From IMG/VR virus record IMGVR_UViG_3300011264_000025, positions 1 to 27,306 of that record: a DNA stretch of 27,306 nucleotides. One strand, 5' to 3'. The translations under genes were made by a program, and so were the position numbers. Positions 1 to 8,453 of this stretch are shown here, piece after piece (the stretch's first letter is position 1; every line of letters starts with the position of its first letter). The notes beneath the pieces are model-generated. The model worked only from the letters and a program-made list of their open reading frames with translations. It did no database searches and was not told where the DNA came from. The DNA is from a virus. Lineage: Duplodnaviria > Caudoviricetes.

Positions 1-121
1 TTTTCACAAAGAAGTCACGAAGAGCATTCATATGCTCTTCTTCTTCCAATCTGAAAATGCCATCTTTGATACGTTCGTCTAGGCAGACTTCGGCAAATAC
101 TTTGTCAACAATATTAGACAT
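1..121 (-). CDS. Hypothetical protein, N-terminal 40 aa only (runs off window start); not in the ORF track
   Basis: ATG at 121-119 reads MSNIVDKVFAEVCLDERIKDGIFRLEEEEHMNALRDFFVK with no stop before the edge. The TATTTATA motif lies 10 nt upstream. Confidence 0.75.
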   Translation of the reverse strand, partial: MSNIVDKVFAEVCLDERIKDGIFRLEEEEHMNALRDFFVK

Positions 122-131
122 ATCCTTGATT

Positions 132-139
132 TATAAATA
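132..139 (-). promoter_or_regulatory. TATTTATA putative phage late-promoter motif
   Basis: Plus-strand TATAAATA at 132-139, 10 nt from the ATG at 121. It sits inside the inverted repeat TATCCTTG (121-128) / CAAGGATA (143-150). Confidence 0.6.
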
Positions 140-177
140 TCACAAGGATAGTCAAAAGAAGATTTTTTACTACTCAG

Positions 178-1530
178 TCATACACTTACCAGTCTAACAT
201 CTTGGTAAGTGTCCCCAACATAAGTCTTCATCGGGAACGTCCCATCAAAACTCATGAGATTTCTGATATGTTCCAACGTCTCAAAACCATCTTCCCGATG
301 GAAATCATACAATACTGCATCATAAGTGTACAATACCGCTTTGGTTCGCTTATCTTTAAGATACTCTTGAACACTTTTGATTTTTGGAATGGCTATTTCT
401 CCTTCTACAGCTTGAAGGATATAGTTGAAGATTTTTGTAGGACTTGGGTCTTGAATATGATGTCCTGTAATCTTTCGTTTGAAAAAAGGGGTTTCAACGT
501 ATCCATTGCTTTGAAAAAATTCCCATTGCTCATCAATGAATGTTTTAAGGTTAGCCAAGTATTTGATATGAGAATACTTGTCCTCTACACCACCATATAG
601 TTGTCGAAAAGTAAGCTGCTTAGAATTCTTTACATCCGTTTCATCAATGTCTTTCTTATGAAAATATAGCCGTGCCAAATATTCATAGATGTCAGTCTCG
701 ACCGAAAGCGGATACTTCGTAAGGGCACAGATAATACGAGGGTGAAAGGCAGTGTAATCAATGACGACCATCTTTCCATCAGAACCATAACGAGACTTGA
801 AACACCGGCGACTCCCATCTGTTTGGTTCAATGCTGCATAGTTCACGCCTCCAAATCTATTACTTGGTCTTCCCGTTGACGTGTAAACATTGTATTGACT
901 ATACGTTAACCCTTTCTCACCGACATCAATTTTGAAATGTTCGTTGAATTTGGTCTGGTCAACAAATATACCCTGTCCTTCCATCTCTCCCAATGTTTCA
1001 ATAATCAAATCATTGAACCGTGTATATGCAACATCGGGCACAAACCCTTCTACGATCCCCGCAACATCATCAGCTAATTCATCAAATACTTCCAAATGTT
1101 TCAACAATGGGATTGCCAAATTGACATTCCCTCTTCCCATTGAATTCGTTCGGATTAAAAAGTGACTTGGAGTATTGTAATCAATCAAATCAATGAGAGT
1201 ATTCTCCTTCAAATAGCCGACAAGATTAACATCATAAAGCGATGGAAAGTACAACATCTGAGAAAACGCCTTGCGGTCAAGTACCCATTTTCTACACTTC
1301 AAACGTTCAATTCCATCCAGAACTTCATCTCGTGAAATCTCTGGCAGCGAGTCGGAATGACCGAGAGAAAAGTAGTAAGTTCTTCCAGTAGAGAGGTTTC
1401 GGATGAAAAGAATAGATGGGACAGACTTGACAGGATGTTGATTTTCTTCTGTGGGAATGACATGAAGAAACAAATCTCCTTCAATGTTTTCTAGGAGAAA
1501 TTTTTGGTAATCTGTCGCCGTTTCTATCAT
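178..1530 (-). CDS. polA: Short family A DNA polymerase-like protein (thumb largely missing, degenerate exonuclease region)
   Basis: PolA motifs in the expected order: TSTGRPSN (T.TGRLSS), motif A VIDYTAFHPRII, motif B KQLTFRQLYGG, NYILQAVEGEI (N.PIQG.AADI), motif C YTYDAVLYD. Confidence 0.85.
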   Translation of the reverse strand: MIETATDYQKFLLENIEGDLFLHVIPTEENQHPVKSVPSILFIRNLSTGRTYYFSLGHSDSLPEISRDEVLDGIERLKCRKWVLDRKAFSQMLYFPSLYDVNLVGYLKENTLIDLIDYNTPSHFLIRTNSMGRGNVNLAIPLLKHLEVFDELADDVAGIVEGFVPDVAYTRFNDLIIETLGEMEGQGIFVDQTKFNEHFKIDVGEKGLTYSQYNVYTSTGRPSNRFGGVNYAALNQTDGSRRCFKSRYGSDGKMVVIDYTAFHPRIICALTKYPLSVETDIYEYLARLYFHKKDIDETDVKNSKQLTFRQLYGGVEDKYSHIKYLANLKTFIDEQWEFFQSNGYVETPFFKRKITGHHIQDPSPTKIFNYILQAVEGEIAIPKIKSVQEYLKDKRTKAVLYTYDAVLYDFHREDGFETLEHIRNLMSFDGTFPMKTYVGDTYQDVRLVSV

Positions 1531-1539
1531 TGACCGTCA

Positions 1540-1568
1540 ACCCTACCAGACGTTATAGAAACAGTCAA
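1540..1568 (-). promoter_or_regulatory. Sigma70-like promoter upstream of polA
   Basis: Minus strand reads TTGACT-17 nt-TAGGGT with an extended -10 TG, 9 nt upstream of the ATG. The intervening TGACGGTCA is palindromic. Confidence 0.5.
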
Positions 1569-4102
1569 TTTGTTTTAGTGTTGATGCCAAGGCGTTTTTT
1601 TATTTGGTCACGCAATGGGATTACACCTGCTGTAATGGTGGTTGTCCATTTACTTGCCTCAATCGTTTCTTGAACATCAATGATACGAAATACAATGTTT
1701 TTGTGCGAATATGGCTCTGGAAGATTTCTTACTAAAAACATCATGAAAGTTCGTAGTCCACCTATTCCTTGAATGGTGAACGTTGCTTGAATTCCGGGCA
1801 TGATGCCGGTGTATTTTGGATTTTTCTCTTCATCACCATCATCCAACAACAACTTCAAAACATCCGGTGATGGGAGACATAGACGACGAACCACGATAAA
1901 GCCATTTTGATTTTTTGTAGTTACTTGATATGATCCGGGCATTGGACATATCTGTTGTAATTCTCTCATAATTTCATCGAACCGAGAGGTATCTGGCTTT
2001 GTCGGTGCTGTTGTCTTTTTATCTTCATCCATGAACAATCTGTCTCGAAACTTGTAATCCAACAATTCATTTTCTCCATTTGTCAATGTTGTCTTTTTAT
2101 CGGGGTTGTTAGTTTCAGCATATATTGTTCGGATTGCTTGTGCATTACTCAGCGTCGGCTTAAATCCAAGTCCAAGCAACAAACTGTCTGCATCAAAATA
2201 ATCAAAACTATATGGAGTTCCACGATTGGCAGTGCTCATAAAACGATAATCAACTATCTTCATAGTTGAAATTTCATCTTCAGCCAATTCATTTTTTCCC
2301 GTTCCAGACACCAACCTGAGATCCCAGAAATTTCCTGCGGCAGAATTGATCTTTTCCAAGATTTTCTCAATAAGTTGCGGATATGTCTTAACTTCCGAAT
2401 TGTTTGCCAAAATGTCTTGCAAACATTTCACATTCAAATACAAATTCTTCAAAAATCCAGAGTATCGTGCTGGATATGCTTTAGACCCACGTACCAAAGC
2501 ATTATCATTCAAAAATGGGAATTCAAAGGTTCCTTGAGATTTCAGATTGTTCTCATAACGAATACGATTGATAACCTCGTCTAAGTTATCTCGTAAAGCA
2601 CCACGCTTTTGTTTACAAATGCGATAGACTCTATAGTCTGCAAGCTTCCCTTGTGTTTGTGCATCGGTCTTCTTAATTGCTTTGATGATTGGGTTGGTAG
2701 TAGTATCAAAAACAGCATAATCCTTTTCTGCTTGCGTTCCAGTTCCTGCTGCTTGAATACCATACCATCCACTAAAATATTTTGGCGCTTCCGCATTCGG
2801 AATGAGCATAATCGTTCCATCTGTAGAAATTAGATTTGGATGCCCGCCGATAACACAATCATCAATATCAACTCGAAACATCTCTTTGTTCTTAAACGAT
2901 TTCAATGGAGCAGCATGATAATTGATGGCTTCCATTATAAGCCCTAAGTTCAGCCACAACTCCTTGTTAGGAGCTTTTCTATCAAAATCTTCTTTCTTGT
3001 TGTCATATGGAACCGCATCGGTTTTGGTCGTTTCCAAATCACGTCCATAAAAGACTCCATAAACATATTGCTTCCAATTATTGGGGTGGTGCTTCTTAAC
3101 GTATTGGACAAATAAAATCAAATTAGACAAATTGTCTATATTGTTTGGTTGTTTAAATTGAGATAAAGTAGCAGACGATAGCTTATCAAAATTACTCGTT
3201 GACGATATAGATTTAAAACATGGAAGAACGTTGGAAACAAATTGTGTCAAGTTATCCAACGGTCTTACGTCGGTCTCCTCACCACTGGAGTCTTTAACTT
3301 GGTCAACAGCATTGGCATCTACAATCAATCCTGCATAAATTCTATCCTGAGATGTAATTTCGGTTTTGCATTTGATTTTATTGCCTTCTACTGACCACTC
3401 AAAATGAGTAATCTTTCCAAATAACACATCATAATTTCCATGTGATTTCAGAATGTGTTTCGTATAAAGTGGATATGGATTGTTATTCAATTTCTTGAGT
3501 TCATCCACTCTATCTAATCGGATTAGGGACGCTGGGTCAAAATGGTTCCACCCCCATTCCAACACACAAGTAAGTCCGGGCACCAAAAAATATGGAGTCA
3601 TGTATTCCAATTGTTTCTTAGAGAAACAAACCCATTCTACAGTTGCCCGACGAAATAACTCTTTTTGAATAGTAACGCTGATTTTTTCTATTTCTGGAGA
3701 AGGTACATGAATAGGATAATCACTCGTCAACAAATCATTATCAATGGTATGTTTTCCACCATCGGGGGTGTATCCAATTATACCATCCATGCTACCACTT
3801 GAATTTGGAGTAAATCCGTATCCGCTATAAAAACTCTTTCCACCAAAGAACACAAACCCTTGTTTATCTTCTCTACCATCTGTCCCCACTGCTCCCGCAC
3901 CATTAGAACAAAACCTAACCCATGGAACCATAGGTCCACGATATTTCTGCCAATCACCGGTATTATCGTTCCATTCTCCTTTCGTTCCTTGAATGAAATT
4001 GAAACTACGGTTGACTTTTCGACGATTTAACTCGGCTTGTATAGGAATTGGAATATTAGCCGGTTCCCATGGTATAATGTATCCGGGATCTATTATTGAC
4101 AT
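1565..4102 (-). CDS. Putative baseplate hub-like protein (gp27/VgrG-type)
   Basis: 845 aa, downstream of the LysM wedge and tube-initiator genes. Contains RRATVEWVCFS...PYFLVPGLTCVLEWGW, GNYDVLFGKITHFEWS and a C-terminal ATFTIQGIGGLR..F...NLP...FRIIDVQETIEASKWTTTI strand pattern typical of hub proteins. Confidence 0.6.
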   Translation of the reverse strand: MSIIDPGYIIPWEPANIPIPIQAELNRRKVNRSFNFIQGTKGEWNDNTGDWQKYRGPMVPWVRFCSNGAGAVGTDGREDKQGFVFFGGKSFYSGYGFTPNSSGSMDGIIGYTPDGGKHTIDNDLLTSDYPIHVPSPEIEKISVTIQKELFRRATVEWVCFSKKQLEYMTPYFLVPGLTCVLEWGWNHFDPASLIRLDRVDELKKLNNNPYPLYTKHILKSHGNYDVLFGKITHFEWSVEGNKIKCKTEITSQDRIYAGLIVDANAVDQVKDSSGEETDVRPLDNLTQFVSNVLPCFKSISSTSNFDKLSSATLSQFKQPNNIDNLSNLILFVQYVKKHHPNNWKQYVYGVFYGRDLETTKTDAVPYDNKKEDFDRKAPNKELWLNLGLIMEAINYHAAPLKSFKNKEMFRVDIDDCVIGGHPNLISTDGTIMLIPNAEAPKYFSGWYGIQAAGTGTQAEKDYAVFDTTTNPIIKAIKKTDAQTQGKLADYRVYRICKQKRGALRDNLDEVINRIRYENNLKSQGTFEFPFLNDNALVRGSKAYPARYSGFLKNLYLNVKCLQDILANNSEVKTYPQLIEKILEKINSAAGNFWDLRLVSGTGKNELAEDEISTMKIVDYRFMSTANRGTPYSFDYFDADSLLLGLGFKPTLSNAQAIRTIYAETNNPDKKTTLTNGENELLDYKFRDRLFMDEDKKTTAPTKPDTSRFDEIMRELQQICPMPGSYQVTTKNQNGFIVVRRLCLPSPDVLKLLLDDGDEEKNPKYTGIMPGIQATFTIQGIGGLRTFMMFLVRNLPEPYSHKNIVFRIIDVQETIEASKWTTTITAGVIPLRDQIKKRLGINTKTN

Positions 4103-4815
4103 AAATATTCCTTATTAACAACATCATATATAGTTTTATATCGCTCACTATAACGTATGAATTTAGATGGATGTATTTTTTCTATAATAACTTTTTCTTT
4201 AATCCTGTCTTTCTTTTCCTGTGATAATGTATGATGTTTAGGTTCATCATATTCAAAAATAATATTTCTAACATCATCATACCCATCTACAAAAAATCCT
4301 TCTATTTCTTTTTCCCCTCCGTTTTCCGCATGACGCAAATTCCAATTCATTTTGTTATTTAATTCATCTATGAATTGACACGCCTTCTTATTATACTTTG
4401 GTCCAACGTTCAATTTAATCCACCGAGCCTTGTTTAATCTGCATTTTTTCTTAAATTCTTCTCCATAAGATGCTGTACAACGAACTTTTTTTAAAGCATT
4501 ACTCATCTTTTTTCTGTAATCATATGTATTAAAAAACTCTCTTGGATCAGATTTGTGAGATAATTTAACAGCACATTCTCTACAAATGGAATTTGTCCGT
4601 CTACCTGTGTTATAAGATCTACGACAAGAATAAATCATTTCATTTCCACAATTACATCTTCTTTTCCATACTCCATTTTCAGGAATAATTTTCTTCACTG
4701 CTGCTCTACATGGATTACAAAATGTATTTCTTCTTTTTGCTATTCGTAAAGAGTCATAAGAAGAATATTCTTGTATTCCATTGCATTTAGGACACTTTTT
4801 TATAAATTCATGCAT
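4093..4815 (-). CDS. Putative free-standing homing endonuclease: two Zn-ribbon repeats, basic linker, C-terminal Vsr/PD-(D/E)xK-like domain
   Basis: Repeats CPKC..CNPC and CNCG..CREC, a NUMOD3-like YRKKMSNALK, and FFVDGYDDVRNIIFEYDEPKHH. Start placed at Met5 (4815), which overlaps the upstream TGA; the track start is 4827. Confidence 0.65.
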   Translation of the reverse strand: MHEFIKKCPKCNGIQEYSSYDSLRIAKRRNTFCNPCRAAVKKIIPENGVWKRRCNCGNEMIYSCRRSYNTGRRTNSICRECAVKLSHKSDPREFFNTYDYRKKMSNALKKVRCTASYGEEFKKKCRLNKARWIKLNVGPKYNKKACQFIDELNNKMNWNLRHAENGGEKEIEGFFVDGYDDVRNIIFEYDEPKHHTLSQEKKDRIKEKVIIEKIHPSKFIRYSERYKTIYDVVNKEYLCQ

Positions 4816-5338
4816 AAAAAGATCCATCCTTTGCTAACATAGTATATGACCACCAAACAGTATCGGTCTTAGGGTCATATTCTAAACACTGAACAATCCC
4901 CACACAAATATCTTTATAGGCATTTTTTATTGCGATAAAAGTATCATTATTACCACTGACATCCACTCTACAAATAGATTTTTGGGATTTTATAAAATCT
5001 ATTGCTTTCACTTTAATGACATGTTGTTTATGTTTTTTTTCTATTTCAAATTGGATAGCAGTTTTATCTACATTTGGAAATAGGATGTTACACACAAAAT
5101 CTTTTGTAAGTCTAAATTTTGGGTTTACATTTTCATATGTCGTAAATTTTTCGGATGGAGCATCTCCGAACAGATCAAAAAAATCAGTTTCACTATAAAC
5201 ATTTGGAATTTTCTCTATAGAATTTTTTACTATCCATTTAGGCATATCCAACGTTCTAGCATCGCAATAGTTTTTAATAATATCGAATTGCTCTCGTGGA
5301 ATATTAATAACTCTTCTTTCTTTGATTGTATGTTTCAT
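4808..5338 (-). CDS. Hypothetical protein with N-terminal ribbon-helix-helix-like DNA-binding domain
   Basis: RRVINIPREQFDIIKNYCDARTLDMPKWIVKNS has a beta-strand plus two-helix RHH pattern. Likely start MKHTIK at 5338; the track start is 5374. Confidence 0.55.
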   Translation of the reverse strand: MKHTIKERRVINIPREQFDIIKNYCDARTLDMPKWIVKNSIEKIPNVYSETDFFDLFGDAPSEKFTTYENVNPKFRLTKDFVCNILFPNVDKTAIQFEIEKKHKQHVIKVKAIDFIKSQKSICRVDVSGNNDTFIAIKNAYKDICVGIVQCLEYDPKTDTVWWSYTMLAKDGSFYA

Positions 5339-5395
5339 GTCGTATTTCCCTTTACCTGAATACATATGCATCAAATGAATAAAACATCTATTTTA

Positions 5396-5692
5396 TTAAC
5401 TATTTAGTCTGTTAAATTGGTCTACTATGTCGTTTACGTTAATCGGAATTCTGAGAGTCAGTCCCGGTTCTACACTCAATCTACCCTTGCCAATTTTATT
5501 TGCAGCGGCAATTATCCAATACAGCGTAGGGTCTCCATAGTATTTGTATGCTAATGTATCAAGATAGTCACCTTCATTGGAAACTACTTGAATATCAGTA
5601 TCGGCGGGATAGATTTCAGGGTAAACAGTCGTCTTGTAAACTCGTTTTCCATCAAACCGTGTCTGAATTGGTATGTTGTTATATCGTTTCAT
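5396..5692 (-). CDS. LysM-type baseplate wedge protein (T4 gp53 / P2 gpX-like)
   Basis: EGDYLDTLAYKYYGDPTLYWIIAAAN...PGLTLRIP is the LysM-like baseplate signature. Confidence 0.85.
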   Translation of the reverse strand: MKRYNNIPIQTRFDGKRVYKTTVYPEIYPADTDIQVVSNEGDYLDTLAYKYYGDPTLYWIIAAANKIGKGRLSVEPGLTLRIPINVNDIVDQFNRLNS

Positions 5693-8043
5693 TACGCAAT
5701 GTTAGATGACTGATTTAACGTTGGCTGAAATGGAGTTCCTACATCCAATAAAACTGGATTTTCCGTCTTACTGGTTACATCAACAACCAACGATTTGTGC
5801 AATTTGTTTGGCTCGCCCGCATTAGGAACAGTATCCGAATTCCATGCAGACCAATCTTCCGTTCTTGGAGCCGATCCAAAATTTGCACCACCAACAATTG
5901 CTCTTTCTTTTTCCAACAAAGCAAACCCAAGTGAAATATTCACCTGACGAGGAAGTTGACCATACAAAACATTTGGTGCTTTAATATAGGATGATAAATA
6001 AGACCATTCACTAGAATTGAATTCATTACTTGTTTCCCAAATTGCATCATCCCCAACCGTTACTGCAATTGATTGTATCAACACTGGTTGGTCCTTATAC
6101 ATATCCCCAATCGTAAGCATAACCATCGGAGCAATCATAAATCGGTTGGTAACTTGATTTACCGTGGAAGTTGTATAATTGGCTGGCTTAATCAACGTAG
6201 TTAAGTAATTGATACGCTGCCACGTAGGAGCAAGCTCCACAATGCTATTAACAACAATGTCTAACGAAAATGCAAGATTTCTATTGAACCCGCCATATGA
6301 ATATACTTTGTCTCCACGACCAATAAATGTCATTTCTTCCCAAGTTGCTGTAGAAGTTTCAGATAATCCTTTGATTGCGGCTCTGAATGGAATATACTTT
6401 TCATTGACAACATCATAAAAATACAATGCAATCTGATCATCATTGTAAGGAGACCATTGACGAGTTTCCCACCCTTTCAAATTCATCTTTTCCCATTCCA
6501 AATTTGCAGTGGAAGAATTCAAATCAGCAATGGATTTCTTAGGCAGAACAGTTAATGTATTGATCGCATCAAAGTGTCCAGTTGGCAATCGCATAGATGG
6601 TCTTTGAGATCCAACTGTATCATCCACCGTTCTAACATCTCTGTAGTCTTGTAAAACTCCCAATGGATAGTTAACTGGACTTACACCACGTTTCCTATCC
6701 ATATTCAACGTAGTAGAATACAATCTGTCATAGCCAGTTTTCTCAAAATTACCACTACGAATAACAGTGCTTTCATCGGGAACATCTACACTGTAAATTC
6801 CACCTTTCTTGATCTTCTCCAAAGTCTTTTTCAGAGTATCATTGATTTCTGTTGCTTTTGTAGCAGTTGTATGCTTGGTTGGATACTTATTCTTTTCCGA
6901 AGTATATGAAGCATATTGCAACATAACTTCCGAATTCTCAAATTCTTCACTCTTTGACGTACCAACGTTGTCTCCATAACGAAATCCCGGAGAATTTTGA
7001 TTTGTGCTTTCTTCAACCGTATATCCCAGCGTTCCTATTCCAGCCAAATTTCTATCAGCCAAACTGTCGTTTTTCAATTGTACAGGAGTTCCGTTTGGAC
7101 CAATAAACAACCTATATGCACTTGGATATTGTCCATTCTTCCGAATGTCTTTTCCACCAGCAATCCATTGTTGTCCAAACCCAACAACACTTCCATCTCT
7201 ACCAACATATACAAACTTAGTTCCACCGGCACCGACCATTATACCATAAGCCCCCTCATCACTTCTTGCTTTCATTCCATTCTGATTTTGAGGAATGAAG
7301 TTTGCAAACATAGAAGTTGCAAGACCTTTGAGGACAGACTTAAATCCACCAGACAAACTAGACCCCTTGGATGTTTCCGGCCATGCAGCTTGTAAACGAC
7401 TCAATCCTCTATTAGCTGTCCCCGCTCTGAGCAATCCTTTACCACCTGTGGTCAAAGTAGCATCTGGTAATGCAGATGATACCGTGCCGGATGGAGGATT
7501 GATTTTTGGTGCTCCAAACAATGCATCTGGAATTTTGTTTCCAATCAAAGTACGTGCAATTCCTCCCAGCCCACCTGATGTATCAAAATTCCTTTGAGGA
7601 CGAATGGTCCCTAAAGAAATACTCATTCCTGCTGCAACGATTGGAGAAGTTGGGTTGTAAATCCTCGTTTCGTTATAAGGATTTCCGGTCTGAAGAAGAA
7701 ATTGCTTTCCTAAGAAAATGATACCATTCCCCGATGCCAAAAATTTGGATGTTCTAATGACATCAATCGGCGCAGACCCAATTGGAAACGCTCGGGACTC
7801 ATACTTTTTGAGTCCAGATACACCTTTACCAGCTTCATCAATAAAGGTATAGAAAAATGGCTGAGAAGTAAATCCTCCTACCAAACTTTGATGGTATTCT
7901 GCATACGGGGACAATCTACGATACAACTTCCTATAGTTCGCATCCCACAGGATATGTAATTTCCCCGGAGTGGGGATGTTTGGATAATTAGACGGGATCG
8001 TTATTAGCGATGGCGTCGGTTGAACTGTCTGTTGACTTCCCAT
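5692..8043 (-). CDS. Baseplate protein with C-terminal tube-initiator-like domain
   Basis: C-terminal FRAAIKGLSETSTATWEEMTFIGRGDKVYSYGGFNRNLAFSL...PMVMLTIGDMY...LP. Lies between the tape measure and the LysM gene. Confidence 0.65.
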   Translation of the reverse strand: MGSQQTVQPTPSLITIPSNYPNIPTPGKLHILWDANYRKLYRRLSPYAEYHQSLVGGFTSQPFFYTFIDEAGKGVSGLKKYESRAFPIGSAPIDVIRTSKFLASGNGIIFLGKQFLLQTGNPYNETRIYNPTSPIVAAGMSISLGTIRPQRNFDTSGGLGGIARTLIGNKIPDALFGAPKINPPSGTVSSALPDATLTTGGKGLLRAGTANRGLSRLQAAWPETSKGSSLSGGFKSVLKGLATSMFANFIPQNQNGMKARSDEGAYGIMVGAGGTKFVYVGRDGSVVGFGQQWIAGGKDIRKNGQYPSAYRLFIGPNGTPVQLKNDSLADRNLAGIGTLGYTVEESTNQNSPGFRYGDNVGTSKSEEFENSEVMLQYASYTSEKNKYPTKHTTATKATEINDTLKKTLEKIKKGGIYSVDVPDESTVIRSGNFEKTGYDRLYSTTLNMDRKRGVSPVNYPLGVLQDYRDVRTVDDTVGSQRPSMRLPTGHFDAINTLTVLPKKSIADLNSSTANLEWEKMNLKGWETRQWSPYNDDQIALYFYDVVNEKYIPFRAAIKGLSETSTATWEEMTFIGRGDKVYSYGGFNRNLAFSLDIVVNSIVELAPTWQRINYLTTLIKPANYTTSTVNQVTNRFMIAPMVMLTIGDMYKDQPVLIQSIAVTVGDDAIWETSNEFNSSEWSYLSSYIKAPNVLYGQLPRQVNISLGFALLEKERAIVGGANFGSAPRTEDWSAWNSDTVPNAGEPNKLHKSLVVDVTSKTENPVLLDVGTPFQPTLNQSSNIA

Positions 8044-8046
8044 AAA

Positions 8047-8442
8047 TTACCAATTCAAGGTCATTTGACTACTTTGGCTAACATAAAGAGAACTCGTACC
8101 TGATGATACCAAAACGGATACTATGTAAAATTTTTGATCTGTAACAGATTTCATTAAGAAATATGGCTTGTAATCGTATGGGTTACTCCATACAGATTGA
8201 CTTACCACTACATTCACACTACCCGAATTTCCTTGTAAATATACAGGATACACACTTCCATTGCTTCCCCTCAATAATTGATGCCCCAAAGAAGCATCTT
8301 GATACGACAGTGGTGTTTGATTTACATACACGGAGGCAGATGGATTGGAACCAGAAATCATCACTTCGTACCAGTTGCCATCTGTGGATTTCATCCACAG
8401 AATACCAACAGAACCGCCTGAACCTATGCCATAGTCAATCAT
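8047..8442 (-). CDS. Small Ser/Val-rich beta protein with three ~40-aa repeats, probably a virion protein
   Basis: Repeats LWMKSTDGNWYEVMISGS..VYVNQT, LLRGSNGSVYPVYLQGN..VVVSQS and FLMKSVTDQKFYIVSVL..LYVSQS. AGGA lies upstream of the ATG. Confidence 0.7.
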   Translation of the reverse strand: MIDYGIGSGGSVGILWMKSTDGNWYEVMISGSNPSASVYVNQTPLSYQDASLGHQLLRGSNGSVYPVYLQGNSGSVNVVVSQSVWSNPYDYKPYFLMKSVTDQKFYIVSVLVSSGTSSLYVSQSSQMTLNW

Positions 8443-8453
8443 AGTGCTTCCTA

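Noticed and set aside
4093-5395. Possible group I intron carrying the endonuclease
   Set aside because: Both flanking genes look complete with their own starts and stops, and there is no non-coding space for a ribozyme core.
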